DNA of 64,000 bases from Octopus bimaculoides. Lineage: Eukaryota. Below, piece after piece: positions 52,056 to 64,000 of this stretch (its first letter is position 1; every line of letters begins with the position of its first letter). The notes beneath the pieces are model-generated. The model was not told the origin of the DNA and ran no database searches. It saw nothing but the letters and a program-made list of their open reading frames with translations. Made by a program: the position numbers and the translations under genes. The stretch is taken from positions 42,376,000-42,439,999 of the forward strand of contig NC_068988.1 in the NCBI RefSeq assembly GCF_001194135.2, read 5' to 3'.

Positions 52056-52619
52056 CAGCTCTACAATAGATTGTTCAGTGTGGGCTGTAGCACTTTAATC
52101 TTGACAGTAAGTTGCATGATTTGCATGTTCCATATGTAGACTTCTGCTTATAACACAGTGAACAGCATTTAAAAAAAAAAGAAGAAAAGCTAATCCCTGC
52201 CATCATAAAACAAGATCTTATGTTACATGGATATAAACTCCAGCAAAACTCTTGCTTGTTTCTCTATTTGGCTAACACGCTTCACTTCTCTGCTACATTG
52301 TTCGGTCCTTAGAAGTAGGAGTATAAGTATTGGTATCTGGCTAAAAACGGTTGCTGCCAAATTACACATGCGACAAATATTTTCTAGCATGGGAAAAAAT
52401 GATTGATAAAAACAATTAATTTTTCTTAAATGAAATAAAAGCAGACAGTAAGTTTGATAGTAGCACGAACAGGTAGATATGAACTGGCTGTGACAGATAA
52501 AATTTAAAATCAAAAATGAATTTTTTGTCAATAATTTTCAAAATAAAACCAAACATTGCATCTATAGGCATTATTTCATTAATTTTACTGGTAGTTGCTG
52601 TGATGATGATGATTATTAT

Positions 52620-53285
52620 TATTGTTTTTATTAGAGAAATAGGTGGCAGAATTTATAGAACATCACATGAAATACCTTATAGTATTGAGTTCAAATTTCT
52701 GGGGTAGTTAAAATAAGTACTAAGAGTCAATAAAAATAATTATGACCACACCCCTCTACTAAAATTGCGCTCAAACTTAGGAATTATTATTATCATTATA
52801 AAGCAGTGAGCTGGCAGACTTGTTAGCATGCTGAACAAAATGCTTAGCATGTCTAGCTCTTTACATTTTGAGCTCAAATTCCAATGAGGTCAGCTTTGCC
52901 TTTCATCCTTATGGGGTCAGTATAGTAAAACACAAATCAGGTACTGCAGTTGATGAAATTGACTCACTCCTTCCCATCAAAATTGCTAGCCTGGGACCAA
53001 AATTAGGAAAAACTCATTATTATTATTACTATTATTAATGAGAGTTCAATTCCTATAGATATTAACTTTGCCTTTAATGTTTTCTTGTACCAGTAAAATA
53101 GTAGAATTGGTTTAATCAATTATTTCCACTCTCAGTGTGTCCGTCCTTGGACTTACATTATAAATCATTATCATTATTATTATTGATGATGGAAAGTTGG
53201 CAGAATTGTTAGAGCATCAGAATAAATACTTTGCAGTATTTCTTCTGACTTTTTACATTCTCAGTTGAAATCCTGCTAGGTGGAG
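52620..53285 (+). mobile_element. Cluster of decayed SINE family A copies in tandem
   Basis: Cores at about 52680, 52800-53010, 53040 and 53190, separated by ATT-rich linkers. Confidence 0.65.
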
Positions 53286-53778
53286 GTCTTGTGGTCTCAG
53301 ATAGCTGAAATGATAGGGTTTGTTGATCATATCTCTTCACTGGCACTGTCTTGTATCTGCAGTCAAGATGACTTGAAACAGAACCTACCCATCCAGCTAT
53401 AAAAAAATGTGCAATGGAATGTATTGTCAGTTGAGAGTTGGTTGCAGTGAGAGCTTTCTAAAATTATACAGTTCTTCAACCACCCACAAACAATTGTTCC
53501 ATTAGCTTGTATCTGTGAGTTTAATTTTGCCAATGGGCTGGATAGTACAACAAGAACAAGTTCCTATAATTAATCTGAGATCAGTGTCTAGGTCTATTGG
53601 TCAGGCTTATTTTTCATTCTGATTATAGAATATATGTGATGGAGTAGGGCATGATGAGCAACAGTTTCCTACATAACTCACTCAGCAATGTGTCTGCACA
53701 TCGAATAATTTATTCACGTACCTATGATGTGTGGTATATACATGTATACGTACGTGTGTATGTGTGTGTGCGAGTGTG

Positions 53779-53789
<11 letters not shown>

Positions 53790-53842
<53 letters not shown>

Positions 53843-53995
53843 NNNNNNNNNNNNNNNNNNNNNNNNNNNNNNNNNNNNNNNNNNNNNNNNNNNNNNNNNN
53901 NNNNNNNNNNNNNNNNNNNNNNNNNNNNNNNNNNNNNNNNNNNNNNNNNNNNNNNNNNNNNNNNNNNNNNNNNACACACACACACACACACATAT
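53790..53995. repeat. (CA)n microsatellite spanning an N gap
   Basis: Direct reading. Confidence 0.9.
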
Positions 53996-54265
53996 ACATA
54001 TATGACAGTGAAGAGGAAATGATAGATTTTATTATGATACTGCTCAGGATTGAAACCTAGGCATCCATATATTGAAGAAAGTAAATGATCTTCAATCCTG
54101 TTAACTCAAGATTAAGAAATTTGTATTTTTTTTATGACTATTTATACAGATTGTTACAAAAGACAATAGGCTCTTCACTGGAAAGACCCTATTGTTGATC
54201 TCATTAATAAGTTCTCTTCAGTAAACAATGTATTTATCTGTATTATTAATTTTCTTCCTCTCTAG

Positions 54266-54434
54266 GTTCAACTAGTCACCGCATATCAGATGACAACCTT
54301 GACAATTGTGCAGATGGAGCAGAGCCTGCTGCAGGTGCATTTGCTCACATTCTACAGAAAGATGCTTTCCTCGTGTTTCGCAGCCTGTGTAAACTTTCCA
54401 TGAAACCCCTTTCTGAGGGGCCACCAGATCCCAA
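54266..54434 (+). CDS. ARFGEF1: BIG1/2 exon, start of HUS region: (G)[55 protein letters not shown](K)
   Basis: CTCTAG acceptor, AA|GTGAGT donor, 169 nt, phase 1 to 2, conserved [19 protein letters not shown]. Missed by the ORF track. Confidence 0.97.
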
Positions 54435-54574
54435 GTGAGTTTTTCTTTCAATAAGAGGTAGACTTGTAAATATATGATAGTTCAATAGATGTATAGTTAG
54501 AAATATTGTAGACTTGCGTACTCAATAAGACCGATACTCTGTAGCACAAGTGTTAAGACCAGTCCCTCTAGTGG

Positions 54575-54800
54575 TGAAAAGCATTCATGGCAGTGCCATG
54601 TAAAAGCACCTGTGCCGCATAAAAGCACCTGTACAATGTCACATAAAAGTGCCCGTGCAGTGCCACATAAAAGCACCCTTGTGGTGTCATGTAAAAGCTC
54701 CCATGTGATACCACGTAAAAACACATTCTGTAAAGTGGTTGACATTCGGAAGGGCATCCAACCATAGAAACCATGCCGAATCAGACTGGAGTCTGATGAT
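54575..54800 (+). mobile_element. RTE-type 3' UTR fragment with AAAAGCACC tandem units
   Basis: About 21-nt units (GTGCC...TAAAAGCACC) then GGAAGGGCATCCAACCATAGAAACCATGCC. Confidence 0.65.
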
Positions 54801-54918
54801 ATCTGAAAAGAAACAGTAATTTTAGCAAAGCATATTAAGCAACACTAACAATAAATCAAAAAACAGAGATAAATAAGCATTTGACGGTTTCATAGATATT
54901 TCAAAATTATGATGCTAG

Positions 54919-55230
<312 letters not shown>

Positions 55231-55469
55231 TAACCTGCTTCATATTATGCATCCTTTATAATTTTCACAAAAGAAAATAGTTCTGTCTGTTAGTTTATTT
55301 CTTGTACAAGTTGTTAGTAACATACTTTTAAAATGTTCTGTTTGGTTATTAGTTGAGCAAACATATTTTACAAGCACAAGGACACAGATTTTAGAGAAGG
55401 CTTTAATTAGTTTTATCAATTACTTAGGTGATACTTATTTCAGCAATTCAGCTAGCTCCCATAATAGTC

Positions 55470-55679
55470 TTTTCTGCTATAGGCACAAGGCCTGGATTTT
55501 GTGGAGAGGGGAACAAGTGATCACATTGACCCCAGTACTCAACTGGTACTTAATTTATTGACCCCCAAAAAGATGAAAGGCAAAGTCAACCTTGGCGGAA
55601 TTTGAACTCAGAACATCATGGCAGACGTAATGCTGTTAAGCATTTCACCTGACGTGCTAACAATTCTGCCAGCTCGCCA
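55470..55679 (-). mobile_element. SINE family A copy, antisense
   Basis: GATGAAAGGCAAAGTCAACCTTGGCGGAATTTGAACTCAGAAC...AATTCTGCCAGCTCGCC. Confidence 0.85.
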
Positions 55680-55799
55680 TAATAATGAAAGCTTCCTTTG
55701 AGGGGATTTGAACTCTAACTGTAAAGAGACATGGTTATTTGCTACAAGGCATTTGTCTACTACTCTACTAATTCTGTTGTCTGTTACTTGTAAAATATA

Positions 55800-56118
55800 A
55801 TAAAAGCACCCATACCAATGCCATGTAAAAAAAGCACCCATGCCGGTGCCACATAGGAAACACCTGTGCCTGAGCCAAAAAAGCACCTGTGCTAGTACCA
55901 TGTAAAAAGCACCTTGCCAGTGCCACATAAAAAGCACCCATGTTGGTGCCATGTAAAAAGCTCTGTAAAGTGGTTAGTGTTAGGAAGGACAACCAGTTGT
56001 AGAAACCATGCCAAAACAGATGATGAGAGCCTGGTGCAGCCCTCTGGCTTGCCAGCTCCTGTGAAATTATCCAGCCCATGCCTGCATGGAAAATGGACAT
56101 TAAATGATGACGATGATG
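55800..56118 (+). mobile_element. RTE-type 3' UTR fragment with AAAAGCACC tandem units and GAT tail
   Basis: Same structure as 1900-2140 and 54575-54800. Confidence 0.7.
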
Positions 56119-56639
56119 TTGATCTTTGCCTGTTCCAAACACTGAACTGTCTAAGGCACGAGTGAATATGTTTTTCTCACAGATAATTATTTCCAGTTTA
56201 GACACAAGTTGTTAGAAGCAAACTAAATGATATCTGACTTCAGTCTTATACGTAAATTGTACGCATACATTGAGTGGAAATAGTCTTGTGAGAAGGTTGT
56301 AAATGATAGGAATAGATAGTGTTAGGATTATTAGGCTGAATCTTTGCATTGTGAAGCTTATGATAAACAAGTGATGTTATCAAGGAAACCAATGGTTGAT
56401 GTATTCAGTTGGTCAGCTCTAGACTCAACCCAGTGACATTATAAATAGTTACTCAAATATTGGGAACAACAGGACCATGCTTTAATGATTGGCTATGTGA
56501 TGCAAATTGTGATCATCTGGGTTTCTTCTGTCCAGTTCACTGAAGAGTATGACTTGGTATGTCCATTGTTTGATGTGGAAATTGTAACAGATATATACTA
56601 GGTGGACTTAGTTTCTTCACCTTCATTTTCACACCCACT

Positions 56640-57022
56640 TTTCCAAGCTTTGCATGGATTAGATTGAGGCAAATTTTCTACAGCCAAATGTCCTTCTTGT
56701 CACCAACCTTCACCTGTTTCCATGCAAGGTAATATTTTCCCCTAGCTTGACATGTTTTACACTGGAGACTGGAAACAAACAACCTTGCTTGTTTGATGTT
56801 GATGCTCATTTACAACCATCACATGATGTCTATACACACATGCACACATATATACATATGATGGACATTTTTCAGTTTCCATCTACAAAATGCACTCAAA
56901 ATGGTTTGGTCAGCTTGGGGCTATGCCAGAAGGTACTTGTCCAAGGTACTGTGAAGTGGAACTGAACCTAAAAGCACACATGTGAGAAGCAAGCTTCTCA
57001 ACTGCACAGCCATTCCTGGGCC
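56640..57022 (-). mobile_element. SINE family B long form
   Basis: Reverse complement of the 8218-8640 structure. Confidence 0.65.
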
Positions 57023-57364
57023 TAGTTTATGTATGCTGATTTTGCTTTCAATAGATTTATTATCGAAGCTTAAAAATTTATGTTGAAGGTCTGCATAATT
57101 GAAGCTGATATTTTTATTTTAATATCTGGGAACATATCAACTGACAGAAGTCTTATTTTTCTCAGTGTTCTTCATTGATTTATTTCCATGTTGGTTTATG
57201 AGGGATAATGTGCACATACACTACCTATATTCAATGTCACATTCACTTGTACCCATGTTCACGCTCTCACACACCTTCACTCGCATATACTCTTTCACTG
57301 ACATACACCCTCTCACTGACATTCATACACACACTTTCTATTATCCTCATGTTTGCACACACTC

Positions 57365-57438
57365 TCCTTCGCTCTCTCAGGTTCACACACACACACACAC
57401 ACACACATACACTCACACACTATCCCCCTCTCAGGTTC

Positions 57439-57473
<35 letters not shown>

Positions 57474-57530
57474 ACACACACTCTCTCAGGTTCCTACACT
57501 CTCTTTCTCAGATTTATACCTTCTCTCCCA
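57365..57530. repeat. Compound repeat CTCTCAGGTTC(CTA)CACAC... x3-4 with (CA)n
   Basis: Direct reading. Confidence 0.8.
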
Positions 57531-57655
57531 TGTTCATTCTGTTTCTCTCACACACACTAGCCCACATTCAAATTCACATACTCGTCTACACATGCCACAC
57601 ATATTAAACACAATACATCTTATAAATGACTATATTCACCCATTTTTTTTTTTAG

Positions 57656-57755
57656 GTCTTCTTTAAAGAAATCTTCCTGTACATTCTCGAAACAACTAGC
57701 AGTTCATTCGAGCACAAGTGGATGGTAATCCAAGCACTAACCAGAATATGTGCTG
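57656..57755 (+). CDS. ARFGEF1: BIG1/2 exon: [33 protein letters not shown]
   Basis: Poly-T + TAG acceptor, G|GTAAGA donor, 100 nt, phase 0 to 1. Confidence 0.97.
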
Positions 57756-58589
57756 GTAAGATCTCCCTTATATTGGAGTTAACTTCATTCAGTAGATTGC
57801 TGTTATTTAGCTCCTGCTTAGTCCTTATTGAGAAAATCTCTGGTCAAAGACTTTACAACTGCAAGCATCACATTTTTTATTCCGACATCGTGCACCTAGA
57901 CTAAATAAGTTGCTTGAAACTTTCATATTCTCTTGATTTGCATCTGGCATGATAACAGGTGTATCACATTTCTCAATAGGTATAAAATTTGTATGACATA
58001 GGTATGTCTTTCAAGGCCTTAATAACTGAGGTCACTAGTTTTATAGCTACTGGAAGTTTACAACCTAATCTGCCCTAAAACCACATGCAGCACTAAGAAG
58101 ATTCATTTGGGACTATCAACCATAGTTTCAGTGCTTCAAGAAAGTGGGAGACATTTATGTTTGTCAAGTAAGGCAATAACCAAAAGGATGGGATACAAAG
58201 TTAACCTCAGCAGGATTTGCACACAGAACATACAGGGCTGGCATTAAGTACTTCCAAGCATTTGAAGGGGTTTAAGCTTCTATTTTTAGCAGGGCAAACA
58301 ATGCATAGGGTCTCCCTGTTGTCATCTTTAAGGAACTTTTGCTAAGATCTCTTCCAAACACTGCCTTGAGGAAAATGTCAGATATTTTATTAAATCTTTT
58401 CAAAATCCTATCTTAAGAAATGACAGGGTCAGTGTGATTCATGAGAAACATGGTCACAAAAGGGTTTAAAAACTACCACTCTTGTACCTACCTGGTTGCT
58501 GTCATTATCAGTCTTTACTCATCCGTCTGATTGAACATATGTATGATCAAAGGTGTTCTATTCATAATCATCTCTTTTTTCACTGACAT

Positions 58590-58740
58590 ATGGCGTTAGG
58601 AAAGGCATCCAGCTGTAGAAACTTTGCCAGATCAGATTGGAGCCTGGTGCAGCCTTCTGGCTCACTAGTCCTCAGTCAAACCGTCCAATCCATGCCAGCA
58701 TGGAAAACGGACGTTAAACAATGATGATGATGATGATGAT
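58590..58740 (+). mobile_element. Well-preserved RTE-type 3' end with (GAT)n tail
   Basis: TGGCGTTAGGAAAGGCATCCAGCTGTAGAAAC...CCATGCCAGCATGGAAAACGGACGTTAAACAATGATGATGATG. Confidence 0.8.
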
Positions 58741-59231
58741 TCACTTTTTTTTAAAGATACTTTGTGTGATTTGATGGAGATTTGGTTGATATTTCTAAAA
58801 GCTTTTATGGTTGTGATCAGTCATAAAATGAACTGACACTGAAACAGTATTGGTGTCATAATATTTTTTGATAACATAGGTCTAACCAAATACTTAACAA
58901 ACTAACAAAAGCCTTGTAGCAAGGGTAAATATATAAATGTATGTACTTTGAATAGTGGAAGCAAACTTTCTCTTAAAAAATGGCCTTTGTTAGTTTGTTT
59001 TACATAACAGCACTGATATTGGTTCATGTATAATCAGAAAAACACAAAATCTCATAAGTATTCACCTTCACCTGAATCTTCTAGTTACTACCTACCTATG
59101 ATACGAACATAATATTAGGGGACTGGGGCATATATTTTCAGCTTTCTAGTTGTTGTCATGATTGTCCTTGCATGGTGTTCTTTACCAAATAAATGAATAA
59201 AGTTAATATGAAATGTAATTTCTCTTTTCAG

Positions 59232-59354
59232 ATGCCCAGTGTGTGGTGGACATCTATTTAAATTATGACTGTGATCTTGCTTTGGCAAACATATTTGAAC
59301 GTTTAATCAATGATTTGTCAAAGATTGCGCAAGGCCGGCAAGCTCTTGAACTTG
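59232..59354 (+). CDS. ARFGEF1: BIG1/2 exon with HUS box: (D)[40 protein letters not shown]
   Basis: TTTTCAG acceptor, G|GTGAGT donor, 123 nt, phase 1/1, NYDCD HUS-box motif. Confidence 0.97.
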
Positions 59355-59484
59355 GTGAGTTGACTTCAGTTTCTAACCTCTATATTTTGTTTGTGTTTCA
59401 GTAATAAAAATAATAACGATGTCAACTTCTTACATAGGCATGATCTTGGATGTGACACTTATCTTCCCAAAATAATTCCTTATA

Positions 59485-59915
59485 TAGGCACAAAAGCACA
59501 ATTTTTATTCTTTTGTGTGTAGCATTTGGGGATTAGCTGTCGACCCCAGTATTTGACTACTATGTGTTATTGAACCCAAAAGTATGAAAGGCAAAAACAA
59601 CTTTGTTGGGATTTGAACTCAGAATGTCAAAAGCTGTAACTAAATACCACAAGGCATTTCATCTAATGCACTAACAAGTCTACAAAATTTACTGCCTTCT
59701 TATAACTATTATATAGGCACAAAGCTTGCAGTTTGGGAGGAAGAAGTTAGTTGATTACATCAACACCAGTACCTAGTTGGTGTTTTACTTTTTCAACGCT
59801 AAAAGTATGAAAGGCCAAGTTGATCTTAACAGGATTTGAACTCAGATATGTAAAGTGGGACAAAATGTCACTAAGCATTTTGTCCAGTCTGCTAATGATT
59901 CTGGCCTCCTCCTCA
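59485..59915 (-). mobile_element. Two tandem SINE family A copies
   Basis: Two ATGAAAGGC...ATTTGAACTCAGA cores. Confidence 0.7.
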
Positions 59916-60036
59916 CTGTCACCACCCCTGATGATGATGATTTTTAGAGTGATACAACTGCTTTTTGTTGTTTTCTCATCTCTACTGGGTCTCATCCATC
60001 AAACTCTTGCTCTCAGTACAACCTTTTCTCCCTACT

Positions 60037-60432
60037 GTGTGGTTTTGGGTTCGGTTCTACTACATGGCACCTTGGGCAAGTGCTTTCTACTATAGCCCTG
60101 GGCTGGCCAAAGCTTTGTGTGGGGTCTCCTAGACAGAAACTGAAAGAAGCCTGTGTGCATGTGTATGAGGATGTGTATTATTGTCTCATTGTCATGCAAT
60201 AGTTGTTAACAAATGTCACCATCATACAAATCATGTTTTATTTTGTTTTTTTTGTTTTTTTGCAATCTTCCATGAAAACATGTCTGGCCATGAGGAAAAA
60301 TTACCTTGCTTGGAAATAGGTGAGGATTGGTAACATGAAGGACATCTGGTTGTAGAAAATGTGCCTCACCAAATTCCTTTGAAATCTGTGCAAGCATGGA
60401 AAAGTGAATTTTAAAATGATGATGATGACGAC
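60037..60432 (+). mobile_element. SINE family B long form with GAT tail
   Basis: GGGTTCGGTTCTACTACATGGCACCTTGGGCAAGTG...GCAAGCATGGAAAAG...ATGATGATGATG. Confidence 0.7.
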
Positions 60433-60617
60433 CACAAATTACATTTAATATTTTTCCCCAATTATAATTTTTCCAGAATCAATTAAGATTTTTTTAAAAA
60501 CTTTTCTTTTTGAGTTACTTTTTTTGATTAAAAATTTTTTTTTTTTTTGCTGGCTTTATCCATTTTGCTGTGGCATACTTGTTAAATTATAATGTCATGG
60601 GTCACTTTTTAGAAATA

Positions 60618-61147
60618 CAGGGTAATTCAAAAAGGAAGGGTACACCTACCTTAGCATGCTGTCCATTTGGTTGTTGCTCTGGTTGGAAGGAGACGTGCCT
60701 GACTTCATTATGCAGCAAGGCAAAGCCTCGCCACATTGACATAGACAAATACATGACTGCTTCAACCAGCATCTTCCAGAAAGCTGGATTGGCTGTTGAG
60801 GGATGAATGATTTGCCATTGATGGTCTGCTCCACTCCTGGTCCCCCCAGCCTTGCAACTTTTTCCTTTGGGTATATCTGAAAGACAAGGTGTTCATACAC
60901 TTACCTCCACATGACTTAAAGGATTCAATTGATCAGGCTATTCTGGCATGAGTGTGGCAAGAAGTTGACCATTGTGTAGACATCTGCTGTGTGACAAAGG
61001 GTACTCACATTGAACATCTGTGACATTGACTGTCAGTAGAAACTAGAAGAGTTAACCTTTCATGTAATACCTGTATTTTTGCAATATATTCATTACAACG
61101 CTCACATATATGTCTAGCTTTTGTACCATTCATTTTCAATAACCCTG
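60618..61147 (+). mobile_element. Internally deleted Tc1/mariner-superfamily element with both TIRs
   Basis: TA|CAGGGTAATTCAAAA ... TTTTCAATAACCCTG|TA. 60850-61023 reads PCNFFLWVYLKDKVF...VWQEVDHCVDICCVTKGTHIEHL*, the C-terminus typical of WPPRSPDLTPxDFFLWG...HIEHL transposases. Confidence 0.85.
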
Positions 61148-61201
61148 TATTTTATATTATTTATTTGTTTATTTACTAGATGATTTGTTTCTGTATTACA
61201 G

Positions 61202-61327
61202 GGGCCACACCCAATCAAGAGAAAAGTATGCGCATTAAGGGACTTGAGTGTTTGGTATCGATACTACGTTGTATGGTGGAGTGGAGCAAAGACTTGTACA
61301 TTAATCCACACACACAGTCTAACTTGG
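61202..61327 (+). CDS. ARFGEF1: BIG1/2 exon: (G)[41 protein letters not shown]
   Basis: TTACAG acceptor, conserved [19 protein letters not shown]. The 3' end uses a weak G|GTCTGT donor, so that boundary is less certain. Confidence 0.9.
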
Positions 61328-61808
61328 GTCTGTATAACATAATTATTGTATGTTCTTCAGTATTTGATGCAAGTTTTTCATGTACCATCATACACCTTTA
61401 TTGTTTTTTGTGTGTGTGTGTGTGTGTGTGCAAATTATTAACTTTACGGGTGTGAGAAGGTTTTTGTGTTCCATTTAATTTGCCATATTGTGAATTTGTC
61501 TGTTGTATCTTGTATTTTGGTGTTTTTTGTTTAGGGTGGGGTTGTAGCAGTGGGGGTTATATCTATCCTTGTTTACTATTGATTCATTCATCACTGATCC
61601 AGGATAATATTGTATGCCAAATTATGCTTATCACAAATTGAACTGTTATAACATAGGTTGGTGATCAGATTCTGTTTGTACCACAAAAATACACTCCCCA
61701 TTGACCATCTGTAATGCCTAGCTACTCAGAATGCACTGACTGTTTCTTCGGTTTACTTAACTGTACTGGAGGTTGCATTTTGTTTTTATATGGATTTATA
61801 TAATCATA

Positions 61809-62197
61809 TTGTGTTGGCACTCCGTCGTTTACGACGTCGAGGGTTCCAGTTGATCCAATCAACGGAACAGCCTGCTCGTGAAATTAACGTGCAAGTGGCT
61901 GAGCATTCCACAGACACGTGTACCCTTAACGTAGTTCTTGGGGATATTCAGCGTGACACAAAGTGTGACAAGGCTGACCCTTTGAATTACAGGCACAACA
62001 GAAACAGGAAGTAAAAGTGAGAGAAAGTTGTGGTGAAAGAGTACAGCAGGGTTCGCCACCATCCCCTGCCAGAGCCTCGTAGAGCTTTCGGTGTTTTCGC
62101 TCAATAAACACTCACAATGCCCGGGCTGGGAATCGAAACCACGATCCCATGACTGCGAGTCCGCTGCCCTAACCACTGGGCCATTGCGCCTCCACAG
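61809..62197 (-). mobile_element. Young full-length tRNA-derived SINE (fourth family) with a 12-bp TSD
   Basis: Head GGAGGCGCAATGGCCCAGTGGTTAGGGCAGCGGAC...GGTTTCGATTCCC (A and B boxes), CpG-rich; TATATAATCATA at 61797-61808 and 62198-62209. Confidence 0.9.
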
Positions 62198-63970
62198 TAT
62201 ATAATCATAACCTACCCATCAACATGCCACCAGTGAACAGCAAAAGTACAAAGGTGTTTGATCCTAACAAATGACACAGACTGGAAAAGGTACAGATGAT
62301 TAGGAAAATATGTAACAGTGAAAGCTTTGTAGCTGTAAGTTTGGCAACAATGAATCTACCATTCATTCCGTTTGTGTAGAGATGATTCATACACCACTGG
62401 TTTTTTGAACCAAACCCCCTATAATGAACAAAGATAGATGTAATTGTATAGAAAATATGTTGTGTAAGTTGTGTTATAGAATCAGGAGGTAATTGAGTAA
62501 AATAAGCGCTGTGTGAGTTGGGAGGTGGTTATGTAGAATGTACTGTGTGTTTGTATGCTGTAAGTTAATGAATTAAAAGCGTCATGTTTCCTGTATGGGC
62601 TAATGTTTTGGGGTTGTGTATAAAATTGTAAATTCTGGTTTGGTTTTTATACTTATATTCTACTCAGAACACCAACTATTATTGGTACTGATTTTTACTC
62701 TCATGTTGTATTCATTCATTTTACCTATTTTTGTTTTGTGATTTTTGTGAAAATAGTTATGACTTACTGATTGATATGTCCATCAGAATGCAAGGATTGT
62801 CTTTCTGTTTGTATTATATCTGTGTGGTTTGTTTTGATTTCTTTGTTTCAAATTTTAGTATTCATATTGTCACATTTCAGATCTGCTATATGTTTAGACA
62901 ATTCATTTTCTGTTTTGATGTACAAATGTCTGCATTGCTTCATGATCAATAACTTCTTATATATGTACCAACTCATGTTTACTGATATTGTATGTTATCA
63001 TCCATGTATCATGCATCATTCATTTTTGTCTCATTTCCATATCAGTATAGTTGTTTATCAGACAATACTTCAAATGTTCCTGTAATTTTTTGTCTGTTTT
63101 CACTTTAACTTTCCTCACTAGTCCACTTTTCACACATTCTGGTAGGTCACACACAACTGGATCCACTCTTACCCTCTCTCTCAGTTCATTGTTTCCTTTT
63201 TTATTCACTGCCCCTCTTTCATTCCTTTGCAGCACCACTCTTCTAAGAAAGGCAAACAAATTATTCTGTTATCTTAAGTTCAATAGTTATAAAAGTACAG
63301 AAGCTATCAAGTTACTGCTAGACTTTTGACCATACAGTCATTGTTACCCTTGTAATAACAAGCACGACTGAACACAATTTACTTCAGTTGTATATCTCTG
63401 GTCATCTCTAATGGAGCTGACTGATGGCTGAACAAATAGGTGTAATCCATGAATCCAGCATTGCAGATACACCATACCTCCATTTAGTTGAGGACCTCAC
63501 TTTGTACTTGAAAGTTAGTTTATTGAATATGTGGTGCACTATGATAGTGCAGGTGCATTACATTTTCTCCATTGTGTTGTCTGTATCCTGGGTAAGAGTC
63601 ACTGGTTGCTCTTCCTCTACACTTAACAGTCAGCATACAACTGGGTACAGAATTTGAAGTTAACAAGGTTATTGATGCTGTTTATAATTTTGTGTATGCA
63701 AATTTTGTATTTATCTGAACTGAGTAGGAGCAAGAGTGCTCCAAACTACTACTTCTAATTCATTACAACAGCTTGGGCAAAGTGAGAGAGTGAGGTTTAC
63801 TCTGCTCCTGCTGACCTGTCTTAAGTACCCTACATCATAACCACTACTACCACCACACGTGAAAACTGCAAGTACCCCTACTATCATTACCACTATCTTC
63901 ACTTCCACCACCATCACTGCCATCAGCTTCTATACTATCATCTCTACTAAAATGTATGTTATTTTATCAG

Positions 63971-64000
63971 GTACAGATAATAAGCCACAGCTACATGAAA
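63971..64000 (+). CDS. ARFGEF1: Probable start of the next BIG1/2 exon, truncated by the window: (G)TDNKPQLHE
   Basis: ATTTTATCAG acceptor; open in the required phase 1 (phase 2 hits TAA). Only 30 nt visible. Confidence 0.45.

Noticed and set aside
62110-62194. tRNA-like sequence on the minus strand (similar heads at 16689, 19716 and in SINE A/B)
   Set aside because: These are SINE heads continuing into repeat bodies with TSDs; no complete cloverleaf acceptor stem, so not tRNA genes.

Overview
Eukaryotic, AT-rich, repeat-dense genomic DNA with six N gaps. The tRNA-derived SINEs, RTE-type LINE tails and dense microsatellites resemble an Octopus scaffold (inference, no database check). The window lies inside one + strand gene, a BIG1/BIG2-type large Arf-GEF (ARFGEF1/2, Sec7 family). 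I reconstructed 16 complete coding exons (3242-61327) and a probable 17th cut by the window end. All have AG/GT borders and join in one stop-free frame covering the DCB domain, a variable linker and the HUS region. Exon 1 and the Sec7 domain lie outside the window. The standout feature is a tandem array of four paralogous 66-nt phase-0 exons (33107, 36831, 39508, 40670) in the DCB-HUS linker. A conserved 20-nt element behind each donor is complementary to one site downstream of the array, which is a candidate docking/selector system for mutually exclusive splicing. A second candidate switch is an in-frame internal donor that would delete an AKAP-consensus helix. Introns hold SINEs, RTE 3' ends, and hAT, mariner, Tc1 and pogo-like remnants.
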